This document shows, in pieces, positions 1 to 12,418 of a DNA stretch of 64,000 bases. Within the stretch, counting starts at the first letter, position 1. The number at the start of each line of letters is the position of its first letter. Made by a program: the position numbers and the translations under genes. The stretch is from contig OZ076409.1 in assembly GCA_964187785.1 (NCBI GenBank), positions 42,160,001 to 42,224,000 of the forward strand, given 5' to 3'. Source of the DNA: Amphiscolops sp. MND2022. Lineage: Eukaryota. The notes beneath the pieces were generated by a model. It was not told the origin of the DNA. It did no database searches and saw only the letters and a list, made by a program, of their open reading frames with translations.

Positions 1-1172
1 GTCTTGTTCAAAGGTTCAGTGTCATTTCTACAATGTACAATCTAAATTTTGGAAAGATCTGTGTTCTTTTCTGTACTTTACACCCGCAACACCCCCCCCC
101 CCCACCACCACTCATAAGAACTAAATTAAACACCTTTTACATTTATATTTATTCTTAGAGTGACAGTTTAGAATTCAGATACAAACTTTGTTCACGCTAT
201 TTTTCCTTATGAAGTCACGCATTCTTGTTGAAAACTCAACAGCTTCCTGTTTTGAGTCACAAAAAAAGTTAATTTTCAACATAATCACAGTCAAAATGGG
301 TGAAAAATGTTTTGTTCAAATGAAAAACTATTCCAATAGAAGTTAACTTTGTTATGGTAAAAACTTCACTTCGAATTCAACCAGTTTGAAAGTTTTTTTA
401 ATTTCCCTCAAAAAATTGATGGTGGGGGGACAGAAAAAGAGCCAAGATCTGAAACAATTTCATCATCACTGATGCATTAGAACTCATTCCAGTACAGTTC
501 AGTCGAAAGCGTTTGAGATTTGGAACGAGCTTCATCTTAGCAACTTTGACAGGAATTTTCCAGGAGCAGATTTCTATCCATTCAAATTTTTACCATTCCA
601 GAAAAAATATTCTCAAAGGCGAGATGTAGATTGATTATCGATTCGACTGAGGCATCCGTCTGTGTTTTTGAGACCATAGTGAAAGAAGTATTTCAAGAAT
701 TCTCATTTCATTCATTTATTTCACTTTCCGGAAAGGTTATTTTGACGCATCTGAAACCAATGAAACGCTCGAAAATGCAAAATTTATTTTTCTTGAGAGT
801 ATCCACATAATTTCAACATGCATTAGCACTTTCTCCTTCATAAAAGTGGAAGAAGCGGTAGCTTTTGGAGGGGTTTAAACACAATGTTGATAGCACGAAA
901 TGCCAATATTAGACTATTTTCAAAAACGGGTTTCTTCCTTTCTAATAGCTGGCAAAAACTGTACAGCCATTAGGTGATGTCAAATCATTTCATACCTCAC
1001 TGCTTTCTCTGGTCTTTTGCGCTACGTGAAAAAAAATTAAGGTTGCTACGGAAATTCAGTGGAGAGTCCCGTGAGCACAAAAAGGTCAATCTTCTGCCTA
1101 GCTACTCGATAAATCTTTCAACAAAAATGGAGCAAAAATGAAATCCAAAAAGAAAAAAATTTCTAAATTAAA

Positions 1173-1883
1173 AACAAGCCGGGACCGGCCCAAGTCGGAG
1201 CCATATCCAAGGCTCAAAAATAGCAAAAGGACTTCCAAGTGTCAATTTACAGTACTCGAAAATCGAAAAACCAAAAAAATGGACCGAGTGGCGCGCCGGG
1301 GCCCGCTAGCGCGAGCCCCTGGCGCGGTAAAAAAAAAGGGGGGGACAATTCCGAAATTGTCAACATTTTTGTCGCAGTTGAAGGGGGGACCCTTTGGAGA
1401 AAAAACTAATTTTCGAAAAGTCTCGCAATGCCGAAAAACTGAAAGGGGGACCCTTTGTGATTTTAAACACCCATTCTGTTGTAAAATATCAAAGAAACTG
1501 AAGGGGGGACCCTTTGGAGAAAAAAAATTTAGAAAAAAAGTCTCACAATGCCGAAAAAAAACTGAAAAGGGGGCCCTTTGGAATTTTTCAACATCCATTC
1601 TGTCGCAAAACAGCAAAATAATTGAAGGGGGACCCCTTTGGGGAAAAAATTTCCAAAAAAGTCTCGCAGTGCCGAAAAAATTGAAAGGGGACCCTTTGCT
1701 CTCGCCCGGTATGGTATGTTACGCGGGAAAACAGGAAAAACCTTTTTGGTTCAGTTCGCTAGGGCAAATGGTGCAATAATATTTTGTAGAACTTTTAAGA
1801 ACTATTTTTGTCAGTTCGTGTGGATTGAAAAAAAGAGTCACTATAATAGTCGCGTTTCACTTCATGAAGCGCCGACTAAAAAA
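1173..1883 (-). mobile_element. Non-autonomous Helentron (HINE/DINE-1-like) copy
   Basis: Subterminal inverted repeats (agtcggagc ~1193 / gcgccgact 1869-1877), an end hairpin tagtcg...cgacta, a terminal stem-loop gccg-ggac-cggc (1178-1189), internal degenerate tandem repeats and A/T-run flanks. Confidence 0.75.
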
Positions 1884-2885
1884 CTTCTTGAACTAGTACT
1901 CTGGGAATCCACATAAGAGATTTCTGGCTTATCCCCTTTACATATTCCTGATTACCATATACTTAGTTCACGTTTTTTGTGCTCAGGTGTTATTAAATCT
2001 CTCAATTCAGACCTTCCTCTTCAAAATTCTCAAAACGCAAAAATGACTACCTTACATGGACCACTTGAGCTGAACTCTAAGAGAAAACCTTCACTCATTC
2101 AACATTTACAAGACTTGAGCATAACAATATTCGGTGTTTTCTGTTCACTACTTCGGCAGAGAGCCACGACTTCAGTAACCCTAATTTTTTGAGGCAAATG
2201 CCACTTCTATTCGAAGATCATCTAACCTCCGGGGTAGACCGAGGAGAAACAAGATGTACGACAGTAGGCCATCAAAAGTTTGCGCACACTTAAATGGATG
2301 AAGTCAAAGAAATCGCTGTGCGTAAACTTTTGGTAGGCATAAACAAGATTATTTAACCGGTATATTGGTTGAAATGTACTTACCTCATGCCACCAAGAAG
2401 TCGCAACATTTTCACAACAACAAGATAATGCTAATGAGTAACGAAAACTTACCTGGACTTTTGTCGTCCATGGCTCCTTCTTTCCTGCTTTCCAAGGCAG
2501 CGCACTTTGAAACAATTGGTTGAAAAACCATTCACAGGAACTAACCACTTTTCAATATCATTTCCTCTGAAAAAAAGTCACTAGTATCAGCAACGGCTAA
2601 ATGTCGACTCAATTAACAGACTTTCAAGATGAAGCAAAAATAAAAGAAAATACGATCACTGTGATAATCAGGTGTTGACAAACTATGCTAAAACAAAAGA
2701 AATCAACTTTTATATTGCGCAACAGGTATTACTTTTATATTCCACAGTCCATAAATAAAAATGATCCGAGACACGACTTCTTCAATTTAAAGCTTCGTCC
2801 AATGCACTGCCCCAGAATGCAGTGACATCAATTCATAATGACATCCTTCAGTACAAATTGCCATTTAAACATGATGACTCAGGGG

Positions 2886-4607
2886 TCAAGTTTTACCCCC
2901 ACTAAGGTTGACCTTGATAGCATGTGTGTTTTTAGCTTTAGTTTTCCTATCTCTGTCTAGCTTAATGTACTTATCAAGCCGCGATTTTTCACGTTTAACA
3001 TTCCGTCTTCTTTTGATGTCTTCGTCATCTAGCAAATCAACGTTCATTTTTGGTCTCACCACGTAATCTTTGAACGACGGCATTGGAACACGGGCTCTTG
3101 CGACGAATCCTCTGTCACCTGGTCCCTTGGGCCCATCTTCATCCTCGTCTTCCCGCCTTTTTTCTGGATTCGGTTTCTTTTTCTTCATGGGTGGCATCTT
3201 TTCAAGATCTCGCTTCTCCCTGTCTTCTCTTGTCATGGAGCCAAAATCAGCTGTCAATTGGAAAATGGGTCGTGCCCAATTGTTTATCAACTTGCCAGCT
3301 TTGATTCTATTTTCTCTTACTTCTTTAGGATGTTTGTACAGAAGCATCACTACTTTTCCAATCCCACTTTCTCGTAACATGGCGGAATCCAGCGGTGGGA
3401 ACTGTTCAAGTATCTGCAGCAAAGAAGTTCTGATTTGCAGGTGAGGAAGACTTTGATCAGGTAACGGACTGAGCCATTCCGCAATAGACAATAGCACCCC
3501 ATTTTCAACAAATGCAGTCTGCAAGTGACACTTGCGTAGCTCAAAAAGCACGCTTTTAAGGAGTTTAAGTTTGTTCAAAGCTACTTGTTTGTTAGTGTTC
3601 AGTTGCCGGTCCTCGTCGGCTGCTCTTCTCATCTGATTTATCATGTTGAGAATTTTGTCGTCCTGGTCATTGATTATATCCACGTCTTTCCTTCTCTTCC
3701 GTCTCCTCGCATTTTCTTCTTTTTTCTTCATGAGCATTTTATCAAAGTCTGATATTTTGTCATCTTCGTCACTCTCTGGTCTGGGCCGATCTCCTAGCTC
3801 ATTGGCCTGTTGTTGCAAATCTTTCTGCGCCAATTCCTCTTCGCCAAAACCTTCGAACTCTCCTTCCGAATCAGAGGACCCAAAAATGTCATTTATTAAC
3901 TCGTTTTGAGCCGGCCCCATTTCATCTCCACCTTGTGTATCCCCTTCGTCGTCCGAATTCGGTTCGTGTTGAATACCAGCGGTGTCTATTTGTTCACTGA
4001 TAGAAACACTTTTATCATACACAGATTCTTCATCTTCGTCATTCTTTTCCACATCGCGATCTAATTCAATGCTTTGCTGAGCTGTACTTTCAACATCGCC
4101 GTTCTTGTCCTCATCCTCAGACATGATATGTTGCGTAGACGGAATGCCAGCATCTTGGGTATCATCCATATTTTTCCCACCTCCAACATCACCTTCACTT
4201 TCTGAACCTGGGCTCTGATTACTATCATCTGAGTCATTAGAACGTGTAACGTCTTCAAAAGCACCAGATGGCCCAGATTTTTCTGGCTCGTTTGTATCTG
4301 AAACTTGGGCTTCATCGTCTGAATTATCGTCATCATCAGCAGCAGTGACAGCAGGGACTGTATTGTCTTCAACATCTTCGTCAAAATGAAGAGGAGGGGG
4401 TTTGTCGTCATCTGATTCGACGATTTCTTCCTCCTCCTCTATTTCATTTTCTGATAGCCCTGATTCATCATCAGCTTCTTCGCCTTCAGCGTCCAGTACT
4501 TGTTTTTCAGGAACAGCAATAGTTTCCCCGGGGTCATCGTAGTTCTCCTCCTGCGTTTCTTGGATTATATCCTGGGAATGCTCACCATCGTAAGCTAGAG
4601 TTTCCGG
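2886..4607 (-). CDS. IWS1: IWS1/SPN1 transcription elongation factor, main (last) coding exon: acidic N-terminal region plus C-terminal TFIIS-N/IWS1 domain
   Basis: The open frame 2886-4619 contains IWS1 hallmarks (RRKRRKDVDIINDQDD, ALNKLKLL, WLSPLPDQSLPHLQIR, SGIGKVVMLLYKHPKE, KLINNWARPIF, RARVPMPSFKDYVVRP). The ORF-track start MMFQ overlaps a strong acceptor (tgtttcag|CCG at 4608/4607), so the exon is called from 4607. Confidence 0.95.
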   Translation of the reverse strand, partial: PETLAYDGEHSQDIIQETQEENYDDPGETIAVPEKQVLDAEGEEADDESGLSENEIEEEEEIVESDDDKPPPLHFDEDVEDNTVPAVTAADDDDNSDDEAQVSDTNEPEKSGPSGAFEDVTRSNDSDDSNQSPGSESEGDVGGGKNMDDTQDAGIPSTQHIMSEDEDKNGDVESTAQQSIELDRDVEKNDEDEESVYDKSVSISEQIDTAGIQHEPNSDDEGDTQGGDEMGPAQNELINDIFGSSDSEGEFEGFGEEELAQKDLQQQANELGDRPRPESDEDDKISDFDKMLMKKKEENARRRKRRKDVDIINDQDDKILNMINQMRRAADEDRQLNTNKQVALNKLKLLKSVLFELRKCHLQTAFVENGVLLSIAEWLSPLPDQSLPHLQIRTSLLQILEQFPPLDSAMLRESGIGKVVMLLYKHPKEVRENRIKAGKLINNWARPIFQLTADFGSMTREDREKRDLEKMPPMKKKKPNPEKRREDEDEDGPKGPGDRGFVARARVPMPSFKDYVVRPKMNVDLLDDEDIKRRRNVKREKSRLDKYIKLDRDRKTKAKNTHAIKVNLSGGKT

Positions 4608-4700
4608 CTGAAACATCATTTTAATAACTATGTAAGCTTCAATTTATCATTCAAATGCATTAATTTCTATGATCCTCGCATAAATGAAATGAAAAGAATA

Positions 4701-5018
4701 AACAAACCGGGAGCAAAATAAGTTGGCGCCATACCAAAGGCTCAAAGATAGCACAAGGACTTCAAAGTGTCAAGTATTCTCTCTCTACAGAACCCAAAAA
4801 AAAAACAAAAATTGGACCGAACTGGCGCACCGGGGGACACTTTCGAATTTTTTGATATTAATATTTTAATAATTAAAGGGGGGACACTTTGAAGACATTG
4901 AAAAATTTGACACGATGAAAATTTGTATTACTTTGTTGAACTATTTTGGTCAGTTCATGAGAATTTAAAAAAGTCACTAGTATAATCGCATTTCATTTCT
5001 TTAAGAGCCGACTAAAAA
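4701..5018 (-). mobile_element. Degenerate, internally deleted HINE copy in the IWS1 intron
   Basis: Shares ggcgccataccaaaggctcaaa near one end and gagccgactaaaaa at the other with the 1173-1883 copy. Confidence 0.6.
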
Positions 5019-5291
5019 TGATATTGGTTTCAGCACTTGGTTTTCAATTTGCCAAAACCAATTTAAATTTGGAAAATTGCATACAATGACTTCCCGTAAT
5101 ACCAGAAAAGAACACTTGTTTTGCAGCACGGACGTTAGAAAAAAAGGAAGTGAGGTTTTTCCAACTAACTGTTCGGAGCAACTGATTCTCATATTCGCAG
5201 CCCAACATTCCTTTGATTTGCAAAACTTTCTAATTAAAATCAAGAAGTGTAACTTTCAATTCTATATAAATTCCTGATGAACAAAACCCTA

Positions 5292-6022
5292 TTTTTAGTC
5301 GGCGCTTCATGAAGTGAAACGCGACTATTATAGTGACTTTTTTTCCAATCCACACAAACTGACCAAAATAGTTCTATAGAAGTTCTACGAAATATTATGG
5401 TGTCAAATTGAACCATTTGGCCTAGCGAACTGAACAAAAAAGGTTTAACCTTGTTTTCCGCGTAACATACAATACCGGGCGAGACTGAAGGGTTCCGCCT
5501 TTCAGTTTTTTCGGCATTGTGCGACTTTTGAAAAAAAATCCCAAAGGGTCCTCTTCAATTTTTTGGTGTTCTGCGACAGAACAGATGTTGGAAAATCCCA
5601 AGAAGTCCTCCCTTTCAGTTTTTTCGGCATTGTGCGACTTTTGAAAAAAAATCCCAAAGGGTCCTCTTCAATTTTTTGGTGTTCTGCGACAGAACAGATG
5701 TTGGAAAATCCCAAGAAGTCCTCCCTTTCAGTTTTTTCGGCATTGTGCGACTTTTGAAAAAAAATCCCAAAGGGTCCTCTTCAATTTTTTGATGTTTTGC
5801 AACAATGGATGTTTGAGAAGCCGAAATTGTCCCCCCTTTTAGCTGGCCAAGGGCCCGCGCTAGCGGGCACCTGGCGCGCCAGTTCGGTCGTTTGGGTTTT
5901 TTGAAAGTGTTTCGAAACTTTTTGTGAGTTTGATACTTTGAGTTTTTGACACTTTCATGTGCTTTCTTTTGCTAATTTTGAGCCTTAGATATGGCACCGA
6001 CTTATGCCGTTCCCGGCTTGTT
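5292..6022 (+). mobile_element. HINE copy with an internal 113-bp tandem repeat (~2.6 units, from 5498)
   Basis: Starts ttttagtcggcgc...gcgacta and ends tatgccgttcccggcttgtt; cctttcag recurs at 5498, 5611 and 5724. Confidence 0.78.
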
Positions 6023-6728
6023 CGGAGCTATATGGACTACATCACGCCTATTATTGTACAGGGACGTGGTTTTTTCCTCAATCTATCCGAAGAGACCAAA
6101 AATTACTCGGAAGTTCTACGTATTAAATGAGCCAGGTAAAAGCTCAGTATTTACAACGTGTGGTTGAACGTCTTTTGGCCCGTTTTTCCTCAAAGAAAAT
6201 TCGAATAATTTTATGAGCAAAAAGAGGAAGGTCGTCAAATTTTATATCTATAAATGTAAGCCTTAGGCGGAGCGCCGAGTAATAAGGTTCCCCGGTCTGT
6301 TTTAAACAAAGCTTGTGAAGTAAAATGGTTCATGCCAGGCAGATGTCTTGAAACAACCTTTTTTCAATTTTCCAGTAAAATTGCAAAATGAACGAAAAAT
6401 GGCTTAATCTAACCAAACAATTCCGTGAGTGGAAGGAAACAGAAAAAAATTAACTTTAAACCTTGACAAACTATTAAATCGTCCCTGGCAGTGAACAAAC
6501 AGCGGTTCGACGCTTTTTAAGAACATATATCACGTCTTCATCCAGGCAGCAGTGTTGGGCGTCAAGTCGAGCATATCTCAGGTCCCATCTAAGGCTCAAA
6601 ATATGCAAAGCCTTCCAAATCCTTTCCGACCTCCACAAAAATTCATGATGTCTATAGTGTCAAATAAAACCAAAAGGGAAATCAGTTGGGCTAATCTTTT
6701 ATACTTAGAAAATGATACAGCTTTTTCT

Positions 6729-7994
6729 AACAAGCCGGGAACGGCACAAATTGTGGGACAGTATTGTGAAAATGTTAATCGAAATTACAGCACCAAAAAT
6801 ACCAGAAGGGATACCCAGACGACTCGAAAATTAATAGCTTTTACCATAGCTCGAAACCAAAAACCATATTTTTTGAAAATGTAGAATTTTTTTTCTTTCC
6901 GGAAGAAGTCTCAATGCCGAAAAACCCAAAAGGAGGCCCTTCAAGTTCGCAAAACGAGCCAACAAATTTTCAAAAAGTGAAGGGGGTAGCTACCTTTTGA
7001 CCAGATAATTTTTTTTGAAAAAAGTCGCATAGTGCCGAAAAAAACCCGAATGAAGGACCCTTTGGTCTTTCCTCTACTTTTGTAAGCATTAAAAAATCTT
7101 GGTCAAGTGCAACACTCAATCCCACGTCCTTCTGCTTCTCAGACCTCGAAAGATCCGGATTAACCTATGTGCCAAGCGGCAGTAGAAGTTACAAGTTACT
7201 AAGTAACAACTTATAAAAACTAGTAAAATCTGTCAGTTCGCCGGTCTTTAAAAACCACTGCTATAGTCGGGTTTTTTCTTCGGAAATAGCCGACTTGAAA
7301 TGGAACTTCACGGGATTCAAAGTCTCGATCTTCTGATTCAGAAGCACGCTTCAGTAAATCACTAGACAATAGATCTTCTGCATGAAATTCTGAAGACTAT
7401 CAAGGAGAATCATCGACCGTGAATATTTATCTAATGTCAGAAGAACATAGCCTTTCGTTGCCATCTGCAAGAAACTTGTCACTACTTGCATTAGTCTTGC
7501 TTCTCTCTGACTACAGACCTAAAAAATTGTATTGCTAACATTTCATACTCCTACGTGATCAAAAGATTTGTCTGGCGCGACGTGTGATTCTAATAAATAA
7601 GACGGGAAGGGCTAAAGTCGGCGCTACATCTAAGGCTCAAAAAACGCAGTTTTTAAAAGAGTAAGAGAGGGGAGACCCTTGGGGCTTTTTGAAACTTCAG
7701 TTTGCTGCAAAATATCAAAAAACTTGAAGGGTGGACTATTTCGAGACAAAAAAAAATCGATAAGTCGCACAGTGCCGAAAAAACAAAGGGGGATCCTATA
7801 GTCTCGTCCGGTCTGTTAAAAATGGATCAAATCAAAGGTGGCCCTTTGCACTAATTTATATGCGTTTCCGGTCGCCGGTCTAGTAGTTCTGTAAAAAGTG
7901 TCCACTACGCATACATTCTGTTGTCTGACGAAAAAAAAACTAGTCACCGTAATACTTGGGCTTTTTCCTTTAAAGGAAAGGCGCCGAATAAAAA
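6729..7994 (-). mobile_element. Two diverged HINE-family copies (about 6729-7295 and 7596-7994)
   Basis: Both begin with the aag(c/a)cgggaa hairpin end and finish with gccga(c/a)t; the first contains the tRNA-like module. Confidence 0.6.
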
Positions 7995-8539
7995 TGCAAG
8001 TCACAAGATTGCTATTTAGGCCATAAATCGATGCAATCTTATAGGGTCGAGAGTTCAGCAAGTTCAACTTCTATTCTACCAAACGAAACACATCAGCAAA
8101 ACTTTTCCGCAAAAGCGAATCTTTTCCTTTGGCAAAAGACAGTAATCCGACAAAAGTTCACGCACAGCAATTTCTTTTCGCTCATGGCGGTATACACGCC
8201 AAGATCAGTTAGATTCGAAACAACCAAGTTACAGTCCAAATGTTTTTCTTCATTCGCAATGCTCTTTATGGAGCCGAATTTCACTGAATTGTAAATTTTA
8301 AATATTTCATTGTTGCAAAGCATGAAAATTTCGTGAAAATTAACATTTAAATAAGCAGAAATCATTCTCAAGGTTGGCGACTAATTTTCCAAATTTCATT
8401 GGCTAAATCTGTCAATCAATATCCAACCATAAGCCATTCGATGATCTAAATTGCCAATTGATGCACTGAAAATTTCGTTTTCCGCACTGTTTTGGTATTA
8501 ATGGAACAAAGAACGCCAAAAGTATCTATATAGCCTACA

Positions 8540-9482
8540 TTTTAGTCGGCGCTTCACGAAGTGAAACGCAACTATTATAGTGTTTTTTAATTTTTTTTTC
8601 AATCCACACGAACTGACCAAAATAGTTCTTAACCCCAATTGAACTAGTGGTACTTTAAAGTAGCCTACCGTTTTTTTTATCAATTTTTGTTTCCTGTTGC
8701 CAACAGTCTATAATCCCTAGCACATTTTTGTTCCAACCGTTCTTTGGTACCTAGATTGATTTGAATGGCACAAGCATTAGAAAAAGTGAATGTCTCCAAA
8801 TCTGGGAAAAATGTTTTTTTTTTGCACAAAAAATAGTTATACTTTTCCAAAATTTAGTTTTTGGCGAAATCCAGTTTTCTCAAAAGTCTTTGACCAATAG
8901 AAAAAAAGCAACCCCTTACCCTTTCACAAGTCCTTGTGCAACAAACGCCAATAATATCCTGTTGTTACTACAGACCCCCGTAGGGCAGTACGCGTAGTTG
9001 TGGAGATAATTTTTTAAAATTTTTATTCAAAGTTTTTGAAAATTTGCAAAAACGCCCAGGTCAATTAGGGTTAGAAGTTCTACGAAATTTTATGGTCCCA
9101 AATTGAATCATTTGGCCCAGCGAACTGAATCAGTTTTTTTTCCTTTTTCCGCGTAACATACAAAACCGGAAGAGACTAAAGGTTCACCCCTTTCAGTTTT
9201 TCCGGCATTGTGACTTTTTTTCCGAAAAAAAATCCCCAAGGGGCCCCTTCAATTTTTTTGATGTTTTGCCACAGAATGGATGTTGAAAAATCCCAGAGGG
9301 TCCCTCCTTTGTTTTTTCGGCATTGTGAGACTTTTCGGAAATTTTTTTTTCACCAAAGGGAACCAGTTCGGTCGTTTGGGTTTTTTGTGAGTTTGATACT
9401 TTGAGTTTTTTGACACTTTCATGTCCTTTTGCTATTTTTGAGCCTCAGATACGGCGCTGACTTATGCCGTTCCCGGCTTGTT
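8540..9482 (+). mobile_element. HINE copy interrupted by a MITE at 8633-9070
   Basis: 5' end tttagtcggcgc at 8540; the family sequence resumes at 9071 and ends gccgttcccggcttgtt. Confidence 0.75.
8633..9070. mobile_element. piggyBac-like MITE
   Basis: TIRs ccccaattgaac / gtcaattaggg, flanked by TTAA (8629-8632) and TTAG (9071-9074); uninterrupted family copies read agttcttaaaagttc at this site. Confidence 0.6.
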
Positions 9483-10513
9483 GCCACATTATAATGGAAA
9501 TGCTGGAAAATCGATGAACTGATCAGTGCAAAACTAAAAACAACGCATTGAAAACAATGTCACTTAAAGATGCTAACTTTGGAAAAGCGCCTGGATCGAG
9601 AAAAGCTTGAGTAACAAACACCGAACGGTAAAAGTGTATTGAAAATTTTTCTCCATCCTAAAATTTGATGAAATGAAAAAAAACAAATGCGAGTAAACTT
9701 TTGGTACTCTCCGTTATTACGAACTCTAGCAATCAGGAAACTTCGAAACAGTTCACAATTTTTACCGGGCATTAGACAAAATTTGAGTAATAGAATAGAA
9801 TCTTCTAGACGATGTCCAAGTGGTTGAGTAAAGAACACTGAACCCCACATTAGTTCCAAGAGATTTCATCATATCATATAAAAGATGCCGGTGTGAGTAA
9901 AAATGAATTTTAAAAAAATGATGACTTGCATGGAAATGAGGAAAATACAAGCTGAAATTAACCTATTTCAAAGTGAAATTAAGTGTTGGACGCAGTCTCA
10001 ATTTTCAAGATAGACCTCTTAGTTTTGATTTTTTTCCACAGAGTTTTTAATTCAAGCTTCTAAGGAACTTCGAGCAGTGTTCTCAGGTATTTTAAGGTAT
10101 CAGCAGTTTCTCAGGTACTGTATATTTGCTCAGGTACTCAGCAATTATGTTGATGTCTATGTAACTTCGGACGGCAAAGACGGGAGATTTAACTTCGAAT
10201 TTTTTTACGAATGTTCCACTGCACCTGTTTCGTTGTTTGTTCAAGGATTTTATGAGTTTTTGATTCTACCGAAATATGGATATTGTACATTATTCAGGAA
10301 AAGTTTCAAATACAATTGCTTACAGAAAAACAGATCGTGCAAAAAATGGTTCAAGCACAAAAGGCTTACCAAACATTTCATTCCTTAATTCTAAGTCGGT
10401 TAGACACTGATTTTGCATGTAACCTACAGGTAACTTGTCAAATGTAGTTGTATTATCAGCAAAGTTTCACATCTGAGTCTACGAAGCTGGGAAAGTAATT
10501 GACATAAAAAATG

Positions 10514-11486
10514 AACAAGACGGGAACGTCTCAAGTCGGCGCTATATCTAAGGCTCAAAAAGCGCAAAACATTTTTTTTTGGAAAAAAACTTGAAATTTT
10601 TGAATTTTTTTCTCTCAGAAAATGTCGCATAGTGCCAAAAAATGTAAAAGGGGGGACCCTTTTTGATTCATAAACACGCATTCTGTAGCAAAATAACAAA
10701 AAACTCAAAGGGGGGGACCCTTTGGGGACATTAAAAAAATTTCGAAAAAAACTCTCACAGCGCCGAAAAAAAATCGAAAGGGGGGGGGGACTTTAGTCCC
10801 GTCCGGGCTTGCATGTAACGTTTAAAAAGTAAATGAATGCGCTCCCCGTTTGCCTTTAGCGGTCCAGTAGTTTAGTACTTATTCAGTAGTTGAACGTTAA
10901 TTTTAACGTTCGTCGCTTCGAGTCTGTCTTAAATAAAAAAAATAAAAAATAAAAAAACGAGTGACTGTAATAGTCGGGCTTTTTTCTTAAGAAAAACGCC
11001 GACTAACAAGACGGGAACGTCTCAAGTCGGCGCTATATCTAAGGCTCAAAAAGCGCAAAACATTTTTTTTGGAAAAAAACTTGAAATTTTCGAAAAAAAA
11101 TTCTTTCGGAAAATGTCGCACAGTGCCGAAAAATGTAAAAGGGGGGACCCTTTTTGATTTATAAACACGCATTCTGTAGCAAAATAACAAAAAACTCAAA
11201 GGGGGGACCCTTTGGGGACATTAAAAAAATTTCGAAAAAAAGTCTCACAGCGCCGAAAAAAAATCGAAAGGGGGGGGGGGGAACTTTAGTCCCGTCCGGG
11301 CTTGTATGTAACTTAAAAAGTAAATGAATGCGCTCCCCGTTTGCCTTTAGCGGTCCAGTAGTTTAGTACTTATTTAGTAGTTGAACGTTAATTTTAACGT
11401 TCGTCGCTTCGAGTCTGTCTTAAATAAAAAAAAACGAGTGACTGTAATAGTCGGGCTTTTTTCCTAAGAAAAACGCCGACTAAAAA
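10514..11486 (-). mobile_element. Head-to-tail HINE dimer (10514-11005, 11006-11486)
   Basis: Two near-identical ~490-bp units joined as ...cgccgact-aa-caagacgggaacgtct... Confidence 0.8.
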
Positions 11487-12418
11487 CAAAGGTCCAACAA
11501 CAATTCAGGGGTACACCGCAGACATTTTTCATGGAGGACTTTTCATTCCCAATTTGAACGAATAGTTTCCGGTTTGTTAAACAGGAAAAGATAGGTCAAT
11601 GGTCTATGTTATCCACATATAAGTTGACAAAAAGGGGCCCCAAAATTGTCCTACTCTGGTAGAAATTAATCCAATAAAAAAACCTCGTGAAAATATTCTT
11701 TCCACGAAAGCGCTCGAAGAAGCCTACAAAAAAGTTTTAAAGACGAAATGCAAGATAACGGAGAGACTTGGTTCTTATGCGTAGCCAACTTTGGACTTGT
11801 TGCGATGAGCATATATTATTTCACCTTATATTTTCTCACAAGTGTACTCAAAGTATGACCCGAGTGACAAACAAATTCTCCCCTACAACCAAAGAAGAAA
11901 CGAACAAACTTTTCCAATGCATACCGTTTCAAGCAGCAAACAATGTAACAACTGACAGTGAATAAGCTGTCAAAAGCGCATTCACGAACAGGTGCTAATA
12001 TTAATGTGCATTGTTGCCTTTTCCACCTCGATCAGAACATCTGGCCACATGTTCAAGCAAATTGAAGAGCTAATAAGCCGGGAACGGCCAAAATCGGCGC
12101 CCACTCAATTTTTAAAAAAGTGTTTTGAATATGCGAAGGCACGGCATTGTGAAAGTTTTAATCGAACTTACAGCACCAAGAAAAAGACCCGAAGGAATAC
12201 TGTATTTCTTCGAATACAGACCGCGGCTTGTAAGTTATGTTCCGTAATGACTACCCGGCCTATATTCGAAGAGCTATGGTACGCTATGGCTTTTTAGATT
12301 TAATTTTCAGGCTTAATGTGGCTTATAATCGGGGGCGACTTCTATTCGGAGGAATACGGTACCCATAAGAATCAAAAACAACTTTTGCCCGACTAAGTCG
12401 CACCTAACTCGAAACAAT

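Noticed and set aside
1138-1916. ORFs of 213, 124 and 92 aa (and similar ORFs at 5502-5757, 10424-11199, 12470-13376, 14214-14994, 17982-18625)
   Set aside because: They lie wholly inside HINE repeats; the K/G/F-rich peptides come from A, G and T runs.
1977-2548. Short ORFs and two minus-strand GTAAGT donor motifs (~2385, ~2453)
   Set aside because: No recognisable protein, and the implied intron would be 22 nt; cannot be supported as a gene.
3070-3909. Plus-strand ORFs overlapping IWS1
   Set aside because: Antisense shadows of the coding sequence.
4608-4619. MMFQ as the IWS1 start of an intronless gene
   Set aside because: These codons coincide with a polypyrimidine-CAG acceptor, and an in-phase upstream exon exists. 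Not fully excluded without RNA data.
7305-7370. tRNA-Gln-like sequence on the - strand
   Set aside because: Degenerate boxes and no intact cloverleaf; at most a SINE or tRNA relic.
11490-12060. Coding-looking stretch inside the IWS1 intron
   Set aside because: Multiple stops, no diagnostic motif and no convincing splice pair; probably an old TE fragment.
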